Part shown: one piece after another, positions 14,742 to 26,399 of the stretch
How positions within the stretch are numbered: the first letter of the stretch is position 1
Layout of the letters: each line of letters opens with the position of its first letter
Assembly (NCBI GenBank): GCA_051362555.1
Contig: CM120640.1
Coordinates: forward strand, 41,828,788-41,892,787
DNA length: 64,000 nucleotides
Direction of reading: 5' to 3'
DNA from: Lingula anatina
Taxonomy: Eukaryota; Animalia; Brachiopoda
Position numbers and translations under genes: made by a program
The notes under the pieces: model-generated
What the model was told of the DNA's origin: nothing
Databases searched by the model: none
Seen by the model: only the letters and a program-made list of their open reading frames with translations

Positions 14742-15172
14742 TGACGTCATAGAGTATTATATAAAACAGGAAAAAAATTCACAACTTAAGCAAACTTTGA
14801 CAAAAGTTAAATCTCCTCTTGCATCAGCATTTACACTGCGGCTCTTAATGATTTAAAGCTGTCCTCGTCCAAATATGGCTGCACAGAAGAGAGGAGACAT
14901 GCACATAAGATTTGCAGGAATGAGCGCACCTCAAAATATGTTACATCACGTGCTCAAAAATAGCATGACGTAAGCGCCGTCTCAATGTAACCCTCACCGA
15001 ATTGTTCGTGACCATTGAACGCATTCAGACGATATATCTGGACAGGATCGACCCAGACAGGTGCACATGTGATTCACATATAGACCTATATCATTGACGT
15101 GACTTTAACCAACAAACCCATAAGCTTTTACCCGTCTCTACTTAAAAAAATACTTTAGAAAATGTGACGTCA
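14742..15172 (-). promoter_or_regulatory. Cluster of CRE/ATF-like sites and an E-box at the 5' end of the RING E3 gene
   Basis: TGACGTCA at 14742 and 15165, TGACGTAA at 14966, TGACGTGA at 15095 and CACGTG at 14947. Confidence 0.4.
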
Positions 15173-16355
15173 AAGGTATTTAGGGAATTATTTCAAATTC
15201 TTGGGAAAAAAATTAAATTCTGTAAATGAGAGTCTGCTTTAAGTTTTTTGACACTTTTTTTTCTGATTCTTTTCTATTTAAACAATGCTCCAGCAAACGT
15301 TAAGCCTTCATTGGATGGAGACAATAAAGTCCAAACCTAGCTCGATCGTCAACAGAAATCGATCGTCTGGAGTTAGTCTGGAGGTCATGCGTCTCTTTGA
15401 CCGAGAAGTCGGACACTCACGTGGCTAAACGAGAGACGACACTCACAGTAAAGAAGCTGCGTGAGAGTGTCCACCGAGTATGATTTCAATAAAAAAACAA
15501 GCTGATTGGATTCCATATGCAAATGTAACACATGCAAATTTAATAGTACCGTCTTTAACAAAAACTTGAAAATATTCAACTTTTATTATTTGGCAGAATG
15601 TGAATGTGTAAGTTCGTTTGAAAGTAGCAGTGTCCTTTTTGTCCGTTTGTCTGCACAATGACTGTCCCCTAGCCCACTACTTATATGCATGACAAAGATA
15701 GTCCTTGACCTACATAACACAAAACTGGTCAAAACTGGATGATTCTTAACGACAACCAGACATGGGCCTGATTCACACTTAAATAACTCAGATCGGTTCT
15801 AAGCTCAAAGGGTGTTCAAAACTGGTTGAATCAGATGTATTTAAATCGTACTTGTCGTCACTGCTACGAGAACGTCATGAAAGCATAGTGTGACGAGACA
15901 TTCTAACACACGAATGGAGATAAATCAGCCTTTGTGGTCGAGGATAAGTAATAAATAGGATTTCTCGATAGAGCAATAATTTGAGAACTACCGTATAATA
16001 CAACAATATTGCATCTATGGGACAAACATTGTAACGGTTTTACAGTTTTAATTTGTGGTTGAAATTGCTAGCCTTTTGTTTTAGTGATGACTGAAATCTG
16101 ATATATTTCTGGAAACGACTGTCAGCTATTTAAAAGATACTTTCAAACAAAAATTGCTAAAACTGTGGCCTCTATTGTGCTACAAAAAAAAAAAAAAAAA
16201 AAAAAATGACTACAAGTCAAGTGCATGGTCGCAGTTTGAGCCACTCTCAAACTGGACTTACAGAGAAAATTGAACGGCTACTGAAACTGCGTGCTACTTT
16301 CAACCGCTTTGGAATTGGCACCATTTTGAACAAAAAAGTCAAGGTACGGCTCTAT

Positions 16356-16356
<1 letters not shown>

Positions 16357-16418
<62 letters not shown>
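16357..16418. repeat. (GT)n microsatellite
   Basis: Direct reading; one interruption. Confidence 0.95.
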
Positions 16419-17133
16419 AGGGTGGGTATGGTGATTTTGCAACATTTGTTTTTAATGGTTAAACCGATTTTGATTTTTTTTTTTTTTTTTGCTTTATGGT
16501 GGACTAGTTTTGGCAGTCTACGGTCGTTTTATGTGGTTTTTAGGTTTATGCGCCCGGTTTATTAATTATGTGGCGATTTTACGACACTCGTTTACTAACC
16601 ATGAAGGTGACAGCAGAACGTGCATCCATCGCCCAATAAATGCTCCGTGAATTTGCTTAAAGCTTGTTAACACACCCTCACTGAACATTACTACACATTA
16701 CTAAACATCACAAATTTTGAGCGATGCTCAGTGAAATGTCGAAATGCTTTAAGTGGGCTTACGCTTACTGGTTATACCTTAACTGAACTATTTTAACCCT
16801 CTCACGCTTATATCTATAACACAACGAAACAAGTCATTTAATCAAAATATACACTTTTGAGAGTGACTGCCATTGCCATCTAGTAGCGACCATCGTGGCT
16901 TGCCCTCCGCCTTTTATCGAACTGCTTTTTGTTTGACGTAATGGCAATACAGAAAGTGCAATGCGTTAGTTGTGGTTTCTTCATGACACACCCGACTTAA
17001 TCCTTTCAACAGTCACTGGTAATATCACAGGTGTTTCGGGTCTGTGTTTGCCACATCACTTTTTGTGAGAAAAATCGACTTAAAAAACTTGAAATTTCGT
17101 TTTTCTTGTCCGTGACATTTGGTCGTGTAGATA

Positions 17134-17748
17134 CACTATCGCCAAAAATGATTGGTACACGTCTAAAATGATTGGTACACTTTTTGGGATATTTTACTCT
17201 TATTTCTAAAACGTGACGCTTGGCACGAAAAAGGAACCATTAAACCAAATGGCACGACATAAAGTAACATGTATGTGTACTATGAACACTTTCAGTCAGT
17301 CACTCTCCATTGGTTGTGACTGGAATGTCTGGGGTGTGTGAAACATGTCACAGAGTTTTGGTACAGTGCTTGTGGGAGGGGTGCGTTTGTCATGTTCTGT
17401 CAGTTTTCGCGGAGATTTGCACATTAGTAACTGTGTCTACCGATTACTGAGACCATGTCGCGACCTACAGATATGGTAATACGACACCAGACGGTTGCAT
17501 ATGCAGATATGGGCGAGGAACAAATCGAGATAGCCGGACGTTTGGGTATGGACAGGAAAACTGTGAATAGAATCTTGAGGAGAAGTGCTGTGACAGGAAA
17601 TGTGACACCTGTTAAATCTACGGGTAGACCGCGAAGTGGAAACGCCAGAAGTGATCGTGTCATCATCAACCTGGCAAGAAGAGAGCGGACCAAAACTGCC
17701 AATGTTGAAGGTAGTGTTGGCTATATAGTGTTGGTCAAGGACGAATAA
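17134..17748 (+). mobile_element. Truncated Tc1/mariner element (left end plus N-terminal HTH of the transposase)
   Basis: The element starts TA|CACTATCGCCAAAAATGATTGGTACAC, with an internal direct repeat of aaaatgattggtacac. ORF 17455-17748 encodes EIAGRLGMDRKTVNRILRR...TG...KSTGRPR, the paired-like HTH plus GRPR hook typical of Tc1 transposases. No DDE domain or right TIR was found. Confidence 0.75.
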
Positions 17749-19837
17749 GATGTAGTGCATAAAAGCCACCAATGTGACAGGTTCAAAAACAGGTTCATTC
17801 CGTTAGGAATTCAATTGGAAAAAAGCAGCATGATTAGATGCACTGATTTTTAAAAGCATGGCCCAACAGTTTTAGAGTGAATTTGACCACACACACTGAT
17901 TTTGATTTGCCATTTTTAAAAATACAATTCTCAGTCATATCTTAGAAATGGTGCAAATGTTTGCTTAGTCCTCAATCATTAAGGCGAAAAGAATGAAGTT
18001 TTGTTTGACAAATTTGATATTTTGTTATTCTACAACACTGTAATGGCATCATGATGACATAAGACATATTCTTGAATTAAAGATAATTGTTTTTAGAGAT
18101 GAATATGTGTTAGAGTCAATGGAATTTTCTCACCAAGTGGAATACCTAGAAATAAGGCTTTTTTTTCAAAAAAGGAAGAAAACCATCATTCCAACTAAAA
18201 GATTAATAAAATAACAAATAAATGATTAAATTTCTCAGAAGCCACGTTATGACGCACCCTCACTTGTATTCAAATTTGACTGGAACATGTCAGGATTGGA
18301 CATTGAATATACTGATATTCTCAAAAGTTTGGTACAAGAAAAATGTCCATACTAACTTTTTTTTACAAACTTTATTTTCACTTCATCGGTATATGAGTTT
18401 AATATAAATGTACCGCATACCGGAATCTAGAAAAATATCAGTTTTCATTTCATAATATTTTCAACAATCTTTTTCAAACGCGATTGCCATATGCAATCAT
18501 GCCAACGTCTTGACAAATCATATGATGCCAGGATGATATAATGTACTTACATTTTGCCGGCGTTTGTTCGGTCCGCCTGTGTCAGAAATGACTGCAGCGA
18601 GCGAAAGTAAAGTAAACTGAACGTAGAGAGAACTTTTCTTGCCCTTTGAGATGTACATATATATATACATATTGTCAAGTTATCTAATTAAATTGTGTAA
18701 TCCGATGACATTTCCAGTATCAAATGGCTAGAACTGACCTATGTCGTCAGGTAGAACTATTGTGTGCCGTCCTCATTGAACGGGTCGTGACTTGTCATTC
18801 TTCAATAGTGTGACCGGGCATCCCTTTTAAGTTATTATTTCACTTAAACTTACGTTATTTTCAAGGTTAAATGCATTATTTTAAAGGTTTTTGAACCTGC
18901 CACATTGGTGACTTTTATGCACTACTACTTATTCGTCCTTCACCGACACTATAGCCAACACTACCTTCAACATAAAACGTGTTAAAAGTTAACACAGGTC
19001 GTTTACCTATACGTGACAATTTAAGGACGTCGTTTCTGCAAATGACAATTATTATTATTAAAGTTGCTGTTAAAAATAAGTGAATTTAGAATTTCAATAT
19101 ATTTAAATAAAGTCAAGCTTTTCTTATAACTCTGCAATCGTATCATTGGATGTATATACACGTACATGTACATTAAACTTTTTTATACAGGAGTTATATT
19201 CTGTAAATGTGTTTATTTTTATGGTGATATTTTTCTAAATAAGTAATGCAGATATTTCGAGGAAAAAAAGAAAAAAGTGGAAATGTTGGGGACAACGGGA
19301 TATCAATGATAATTGTTTTGAATATGTAAGCAGGACTGCAGACATGATATTTTAAAAGTGCACACAGCCGAGCTAACAAAGTTGGCTTGACTGCGGGGTA
19401 GCAATATTGGAATGGAAAAAATAGTTAGGCCGTATCAAATGGAAGTTCAATATTTTGACTGATTTAACTGCGCAAGGCTTGATTTTACTACCATAAAGCA
19501 AACCACAAATATGAGATGTTTTTGCAGTAAGACGAATATTTTCGTGTCACATAATTCTAAAACGAGGAACGGTTATAGAAATCTCAAAACAGTCTAAAAG
19601 TAAGGACTTAAATGTGCACATTTCTTCTTTGCTTCTGAACGCACCCCGCCGATCATGGTGAAGCGCAATCAGCATTCCTTGTGTTGCACAACTATCACAA
19701 TCACCTAAATTACCTATGATTTCGTTAGCGCTATTGCAATTATCCATCATTCTATTGATATTGTGAACATCTTGCAAAATGTATATGTACTGTTGAAACG
19801 ACGAAATACAATTTTCGTTGCAAAATATTTTCAATTA

Positions 19838-20021
19838 CGGAAGCCGAATGGCGTCATGTTAAAAAAATTATCTCGAAATTTCGAGGTAGTATCGAGATAA
19901 CTATTTCGACATAGCTATCTTGAACTTTCGAGGTAGTATCTCGAAATTTCGTCATAGCCGAATGGTGTCATGTTAAAAAAATTTCGAGATAATTTTTTAA
20001 CGTGACACCATTCGGCTTCCG
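19838..20021. mobile_element. MITE with about 40-bp TIRs and a TA target-site duplication
   Basis: TA|CGGAAGCCGAATGGCGTCATGTTAAAAAAATTATCTCGAAAT ... ATTTCGAGATAATTTTTTAACGTGACACCATTCGGCTTCCG|TA. It has internal tctcgaaa/ttcgag repeats and a partial third TIR copy near 19956-19988. Confidence 0.85.
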
Positions 20022-20663
20022 TATTCAATAGACTCAAAAAGTTATTTCAAAATAAAGGTCTTTGTTCTGGATGAATTAAAACAATTGAACTGTTCTATAA
20101 TTGCAAAATACTAACAGCTTTTTAATATTGGTTTTTCAGAAAAGAAAAAAAACGACAGGATGATCTGTAAATTGGTCAAAACTTCAGGGATTTTTGTTAA
20201 CGTCATATCAAAATTTTAAACCTCTTTAATCCATCTGCACGTGTATTCCCATTCCCATTTCGCAACCATAAACTTCTTTATGTCGTCTATAGTTATATAA
20301 TACAATTTGAAAAACATTTTCTATCTAGACTATTTATATGTCATCGTGACATCCAAGGATAAACAAATACCGACCCTGAGTCAAACATCGGTCACTTCAT
20401 TCATGTAACTAGACACCTTTTCTAAAGATTCTTGAAGTAGACTTTCTTCTTTTTAAACACTGGGTAGAAAATGATAAAGAAACGTATGGGATAGTGCTTC
20501 ACGTACCTGTTTCACTTATCATTATTCGTTTTGTAATGAAAAAAAACTCAAATTACAGTAAAGTTTAGTAGGGCAGAGTGGCGCGGGTGCAGTTCACCTT
20601 AATCTCATACTGGGGAATAAGAGTGAAGGGGGGTGGGGGGTGGACCAGACCTCAACTAATAGT

Positions 20664-20942
20664 AGATATAAAATGAAGTCAACACAAATGGATATTTTTT
20701 CTCTCTTAGTTTCTTATCCCTAGCAGTTTTCTATAACCTGGGGTGCATTACCGCTCACCAAAAGAAATTTACACAAAAAGTGTACTTTTCTAAAGTTGAG
20801 ATAATAAATGAAGTAAACTCAAATGGCAATATTTCTTATTTCTTATTTCTTAGTTTGTTATCCCTGGCCGTTGCAATCTCCATAACCTGAGAAGCATTAT
20901 CGCTTAGCAATGCATACAAAAAGTGCACTATTTCTTAAGTTG
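20664..20942. repeat. Diverged tandem duplication of about 135-145 bp
   Basis: Two units share agata..aaatgaagt.aac.caaatgg ... cttagttt.ttatccct.gc ... ataacctg ... gcatta.cgct ... acaaaaagtg.act ... aagttg. Confidence 0.75.
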
Positions 20943-23536
20943 GAAGCCGCAGAAACAGGTCAAAATCAGGCATGTTCGATTCTTTCCTGTCAGCAGAGTT
21001 TCCACGCCCTTAGTTGTTTATCGATATTCTCTTTTAAAAATCTAAATATACACTTATTGTGAAAGTTCGAATTTTAAGTCTCTACATGTACTATCTTGTT
21101 TATTTTTACCACTCTTCCCAAATGTCATTTTCAAACATTTTTCAGTTCAAATAAAATGGGTCACCTTCCAGGTTGACAGTGCATCTTTATAGGTGCAGTA
21201 AACAAATTAAGGTAAAGCACCAGTTATGTTTCGGCCACATTTGTATCCATCCACACATAAAAAAACCAGATAAAAACAAGTGTGACATGAATGCCGTGCC
21301 ATGATATTATACAAACAACACGTAAACAGCGACCAAAATTGCACAAAACTTGCTCAATCTACTCACCTCTGATGTCTTCCCACGTCATCCGCAGTAATAT
21401 GAGAAAATGTGGTATCTGGTCGAAGGCGTAGATGATAATAAACTATAAGGGAATGTTATTAACCCGAGGAGGGAAGGTTAGAGTTGAGGACATCAGTTTA
21501 AAAATACGTGTGGGGACTTAGTTGCACTTGTCCTTAAATGCCTTGTTTATGTCCTTAAAAAACTAATTTATACTCACAGTTTTACGTTATACATTGCTGC
21601 GCACTTTTGTCACCTTGATTGTTATTGGATGGGCAATTTGCAAGCGGGTATTTTGATATCATAAGGCAACGAAGACATGGAGGCATTACGTTTATCCTTA
21701 GTTCAACTTCTTGTTATATGAAACCAATCTTTTTTACTTTCATTTTGTATATTTAACGAGTTTAATTCTTAAGGCTATGCAGTCACAAAATAGTTCTCGT
21801 GTGGCGAATATTTGAACATTCTTTGTTGCTATAATCCACAGCGAACATTAATGCTAAAACAGAGAATGATCTGTGTTAAATGCCGACCATAAAAGTTGAC
21901 TAAAATATCAAAATACGAGACCTTAGACGGTTGAGATGCTCGATGGATTTCGACCTAATCGGAATTTAATACCAATCTAAAAGCGTCTGAATATTATTTG
22001 AGAAAATAAAAATGGGCCGTTGAATTTGTAGGTAAAATAATTACCTAAATTGTTTAAAACTATAATTTTGATTAATTCTTTCTATTTCATTATTCTCCAG
22101 TATCAGGACGGTTCCAAAATCATCGTCAGCTGGTGATGTGCCCACGTAATCTTAACTTTACCAAGAAATAGCAACGTTATCACAAGTCCTTAGCTGTGGT
22201 AGGCTTCGAGAAACGATCCCCACTGATGCCTACAAATGATTTATATGTATTTCGTTTGCACTGAAAAAAGTTTTTAAAACTAACAAGCTTTTTATTTATA
22301 ATTGTTTCAAAATTAAATTAATAAAAAACATTTTAAAGGAAAATCAAAACTACTTCCGTCTAATTAAAGATACGGTGCTAGAAACCAGATTGTCTATTAA
22401 TTCGAAGGCACGGGGCAGTTATACCGTTATACCGTTATAACAGTTATACTGTTCCTCGGTCACCTTCCACCGAGAAGCTTTCAATGCTACAATAGTCACA
22501 CTTCAGAAATCGCGATTTTCGATTTCCGTGGTCAGTGTGACTAAATCTTATCATAACTTAATCCTTATTCAGTAACTTGTACGCCATCCCCTTTGTCACC
22601 CATTTTTACTCGGTTTGTCATTCTAAACAGGCTAACGTTTACAAACAGTTTATCAGGTCTTTAGCTCTGTTGCCCTGTATTTTCATGCAAAACCCTTTTC
22701 ACTCTCGAGTTGTTCTTGATCAGTGTTCTGAAATTTTGCGTAACAACATTTTAATTTATTTTTCTAAAGGTCCCTTATCTCTACGAGTTGATGTCCATTT
22801 TCTAGTCCAATATAGAGTAAAAATCGAGACGTTTGTGAATTAATTGAATTTATTAAAAGATAAGTTAAAACTGCTCTGTATAACCGAGGTCTGCAAAACA
22901 GTTTGTTTCCCAACAATTCGAAAAGATACCTCTGATGAATTGAACACTTTCCAGTACGACTGTATTGCTAAAACATCTTGTTCATCTCCAAAGACCTCGT
23001 GTGATTGTGCATTTCATTTTTGTGCATTTCAAAGACACGTGTTTGGGGAAAGAAAATGGAATTAATGTGGTGATCAAAGTCAAATGGCTACATTTGACTT
23101 CAAATGTTAACATTAAAGACGAAAAAAATAAAGATGAATAGTCACCACTATCCTGTGCGCGCACCATATTAAAAGACATTATCTTATCCCCCCCCCCCCC
23201 CCCATCCGACGCCTCCCTTTTTACACCAAACGATCTCAATGACCTCTTATGTCCGAAACGGAGACAGTTTTGTAAAAAGCCATGACTTAATACAGCACAG
23301 AAGCACCATTAGTGTCTTAAGTCACCGGCCAAATGACAGGCTATAATTTCATAGTGTTTAATGGGATCAGTAGTTCACGACCCTCTGACCCGGTCAAGCC
23401 AATTGATGTGGACATGGGCGTGCCAGCCGACCACCGGTGACCACTGATACCCTCTAAATCAGTGCTTTATGGTAAATGAGCTGGAAAAGGGTAGGACAGG
23501 AAAGGGCTTGGGTCATTTGATACAATGTAACGCTTA

Positions 23537-23704
23537 CAGGGGCGGATTTAGGCTGTCTTCTGGGTCTTCTGGAAGACGGTCAGATTTTCAAGTTTACATT
23601 GTCAGCCATCTAATGTTTTCTGTCGGAAGACGGTCAAAAATGGAAGATGGATCAACAAAGATAAGTTGGAAGACTGTCAGAAAATATCTCAGGATCCGCC
23701 CCTG
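23537..23704. mobile_element. MITE family A, copy 1 (168 bp)
   Basis: TIRs CAGGGGCGGAT...ATCCGCCCCTG with a GCTTA duplication on both flanks. The internal sequence is shared with 30368-30535 and 47410-47575. Confidence 0.9.
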
Positions 23705-26093
23705 GCTTACATAAAAAAAGGCCAGAAATGGTCGAGATTCGTGCCTTTGCCAAGGGGCAACTTTTTACTTCTTCAAATGTCCTTATTCTAGATTTTGATA
23801 ATTTTGATTGATTTGTTTTTTTTAACTTTTAGAATGGCGACAATTCTCGTGTCGTGAAAATAAAACACGATTGTCTGTTTTTTTTAAAATTGAATAACCC
23901 TTTAAAAATCGAATCTCTCCAGAAACGTATGCCAAATACATGTACCTTGCTGTGGTTTGTGAAAATGTGACCACATTTCTATTCATATCCGTCTTGCTGT
24001 TTTTAATACTTTTTAAATAAAGCTCATTAATTTACCTATTCCAGCACGTATTACTTACAGGTGTCCGACCACGTAGTTTAATGTTATTTACAACAGCAAA
24101 AAAGTCCACGTTGTGCACTTTTACCAGTTATCTTTGATAAATAATTATGCATAAAAAGAGGCATTATTTTCATTTGAGCATAAAGATTTGATATGGAAAA
24201 GAAAATATTTAAAATCATATTAAATGCTTATAAAATAATAAACAAAAATATAAAATATATTGAAAGCCTTAACAGTACATATAAGCGCGTTAAAATATTA
24301 CCATAACATCATTTACTATAGATATAGAATGAATTAGAAAAAATGTTTTTAAGAATAATTTTATTACAAACAAACTGTGAAAAACAAGTTCAAGAGATTC
24401 CAGGTACAATAACACCTTGTTATTCTGCTGACACACGTGTAAACTGAAAAAGCACCTGATATGCTTGTTTTGATGTTCCGAGTCAGCAGAAGTTAGGATT
24501 TCAGGGAAACATAACACCAGCAAGGGCAGTGGATAAAACCATTCATTTGACAACGAATTTTTCTAATTGTAAATTACGTGGTTTCCTACAAAGAGTGAAC
24601 TTTAAATGCCCTATACTCGTGTATTGAGCCAAAATGAAAATAGTAACTTACAGTTCACAGAGTAGGCATAATCGAAGTGACCTTCCCGTGTGTTAAATGA
24701 ATTGGTCAAATCAGATAGTCGTAGAGATTTGGCGGTGTGTTGCTTTCATCTGGACTTCTTCCCCACACCTACTTGCACATACATGTTTCACAGCAGAAGC
24801 AATATTGTTCATCTTAAAAGACTTTCTAAAACTTTCTTGGTGAGATAAGCATGTGAGATTTACATTATTACAATATTTTTACCTGCAACAATTTAAAATA
24901 ACGTCTTTGAAAATTTAAATCCAATTTAACAATTACTATTTATGAATTCGCTGAAGAGTTTCTTTTTTTGCACCGAAATAAACTCCGCATTTTAAAGCCA
25001 AGATTTGCGTGACAACTTAAATCTACAGTCAGTAAAGACATTTGGTTAAATTCAAAAACAGGGAGCGTCGACGTTGTTTTTAAACTTGCCCTCACCTTAA
25101 TGACTTTAAGGTCGAAGCAAATATACAGTTTGAAAATAAACAGATTTGCTGCTGATAAAACGAGACGATGTTAATAAGGTGTGTTGTTTATGATGTAGAG
25201 TCAAGTGCATGAAGAGAAAAACGCCATGGCAGTTTGAAAGTGGTGCGTCACATGTCATCATAGCGCGCATCCTTAAAAGTCTTCAGTGAAACATCTTGAA
25301 TTTGATCCCTAATTCACGGTCCAGACACGATTAAAAAAAAGGGATAGGTTCCCGTAGCCTTCGCCTCTGATGACAGCAAAGTAACCTACATCTTTGAAAA
25401 GTCTCTCTGGTACGCCCACCGCAGGCTCAGTACCGGCGGCGTTTAATGTTACAAAGTTGTCCGGTCATCATAGGTTGGAAAGATCAAACTAATAAACACT
25501 ATTGAACTTCAGTGTCATTTACTTACTGGGGATTCTTCACAAATTAGTCGTTTTTTTTTCAGGGGAAGGGGGAAGGGGAAGACAAGAGAAGCAATTCGGG
25601 GATGGGGGGTAGAGGAGTAGTACGCGAGTTCTCAGGCATGAATTTCAACGTAATAAAATTATAAATATGCATTTTTATTAATTGCTACTTCTTCGTGAAT
25701 CTTTTTTGTTACTTTAATTATAAATGTATTTCTGGGAAAATGTCTCATAAGTTCACGAATGCTTAACCGATTCTCTCCTCACGGGGATTCCGCGCTGTCT
25801 CTCATTGTGCATTATTCGCAAGTTGCTGGGCCTTGCAACTTGTGTAGTTTTTCAGATTCTTCGTAGTTTTTCCAAATTCTTCTAGAGATGGTACTTAACG
25901 TATAAAGCCAAATAATGGAACGCACTTTCTATCACCTTTGTACCTGCGTAAAATTAAAAAACCAGAGGTTTGTTTTAATGGTACTGGTGATGGTGACGGT
26001 ATCTGCTGATGATATTTAAAACATTTTTCCTTTAGTCCTCCCCATAAAATAATCGACCACTCATTCATTACGTTGTGGACTATTGCATCAATA

Positions 26094-26136
26094 AGGTTAT
26101 GACCTGTGAAGATTCCTTCTGACCTTGCCAAGGCCT
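26094..26136 (+). promoter_or_regulatory. CYP26 proximal promoter nuclear-receptor half-site cluster
   Basis: AGGTTA-TGACCT (IR0, 26094-26105) and TGACCTTGCCAAGGCC (26120-26135), followed by a TATA-like TACAAATA at 26191 and an Inr-like ACAGT about 30 nt downstream. Confidence 0.45.
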
Positions 26137-26399
26137 GTCAACCGGAACATCTGTATTGTCATGGTTTCCTCAATGGGCCGCGGAGAATGGTACAAATACC
26201 GCTCTCCCAGCGTACGGCGACAGTACAACTCCAAACACTGACAGCGAAGACAACGCAAGAAGAATCATCAAGAGAACGAATCAAGTCGTACCAAGAGAAG
26301 TGGCCATCAAAAGCTAAAGTAAACTAAGAAGAAGTAAAGCAAAGGAAGATAAAAAGAAGATTTTCAAGTTAGTTTTGAAACAACTTCAGCAACAAGAAA

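Noticed and set aside
16206-16565. 119-aa ORF with a VCVCVC run (similarly 49285-49502)
   Set aside because: It is a translation of a (GT)n microsatellite and has no coding features.
23469-23714. Similar short ORFs at 23469-23714 and 30300-30536 (RGGFR.SSGSSGRRSDFQVYI)
   Set aside because: The similarity comes from MITE family A copies, not from a protein family.
25562-25615. G-run cluster (potential G-quadruplex) upstream of CYP26
   Set aside because: Poly-G/C tracts are common throughout this window, and nothing distinguishes this one.
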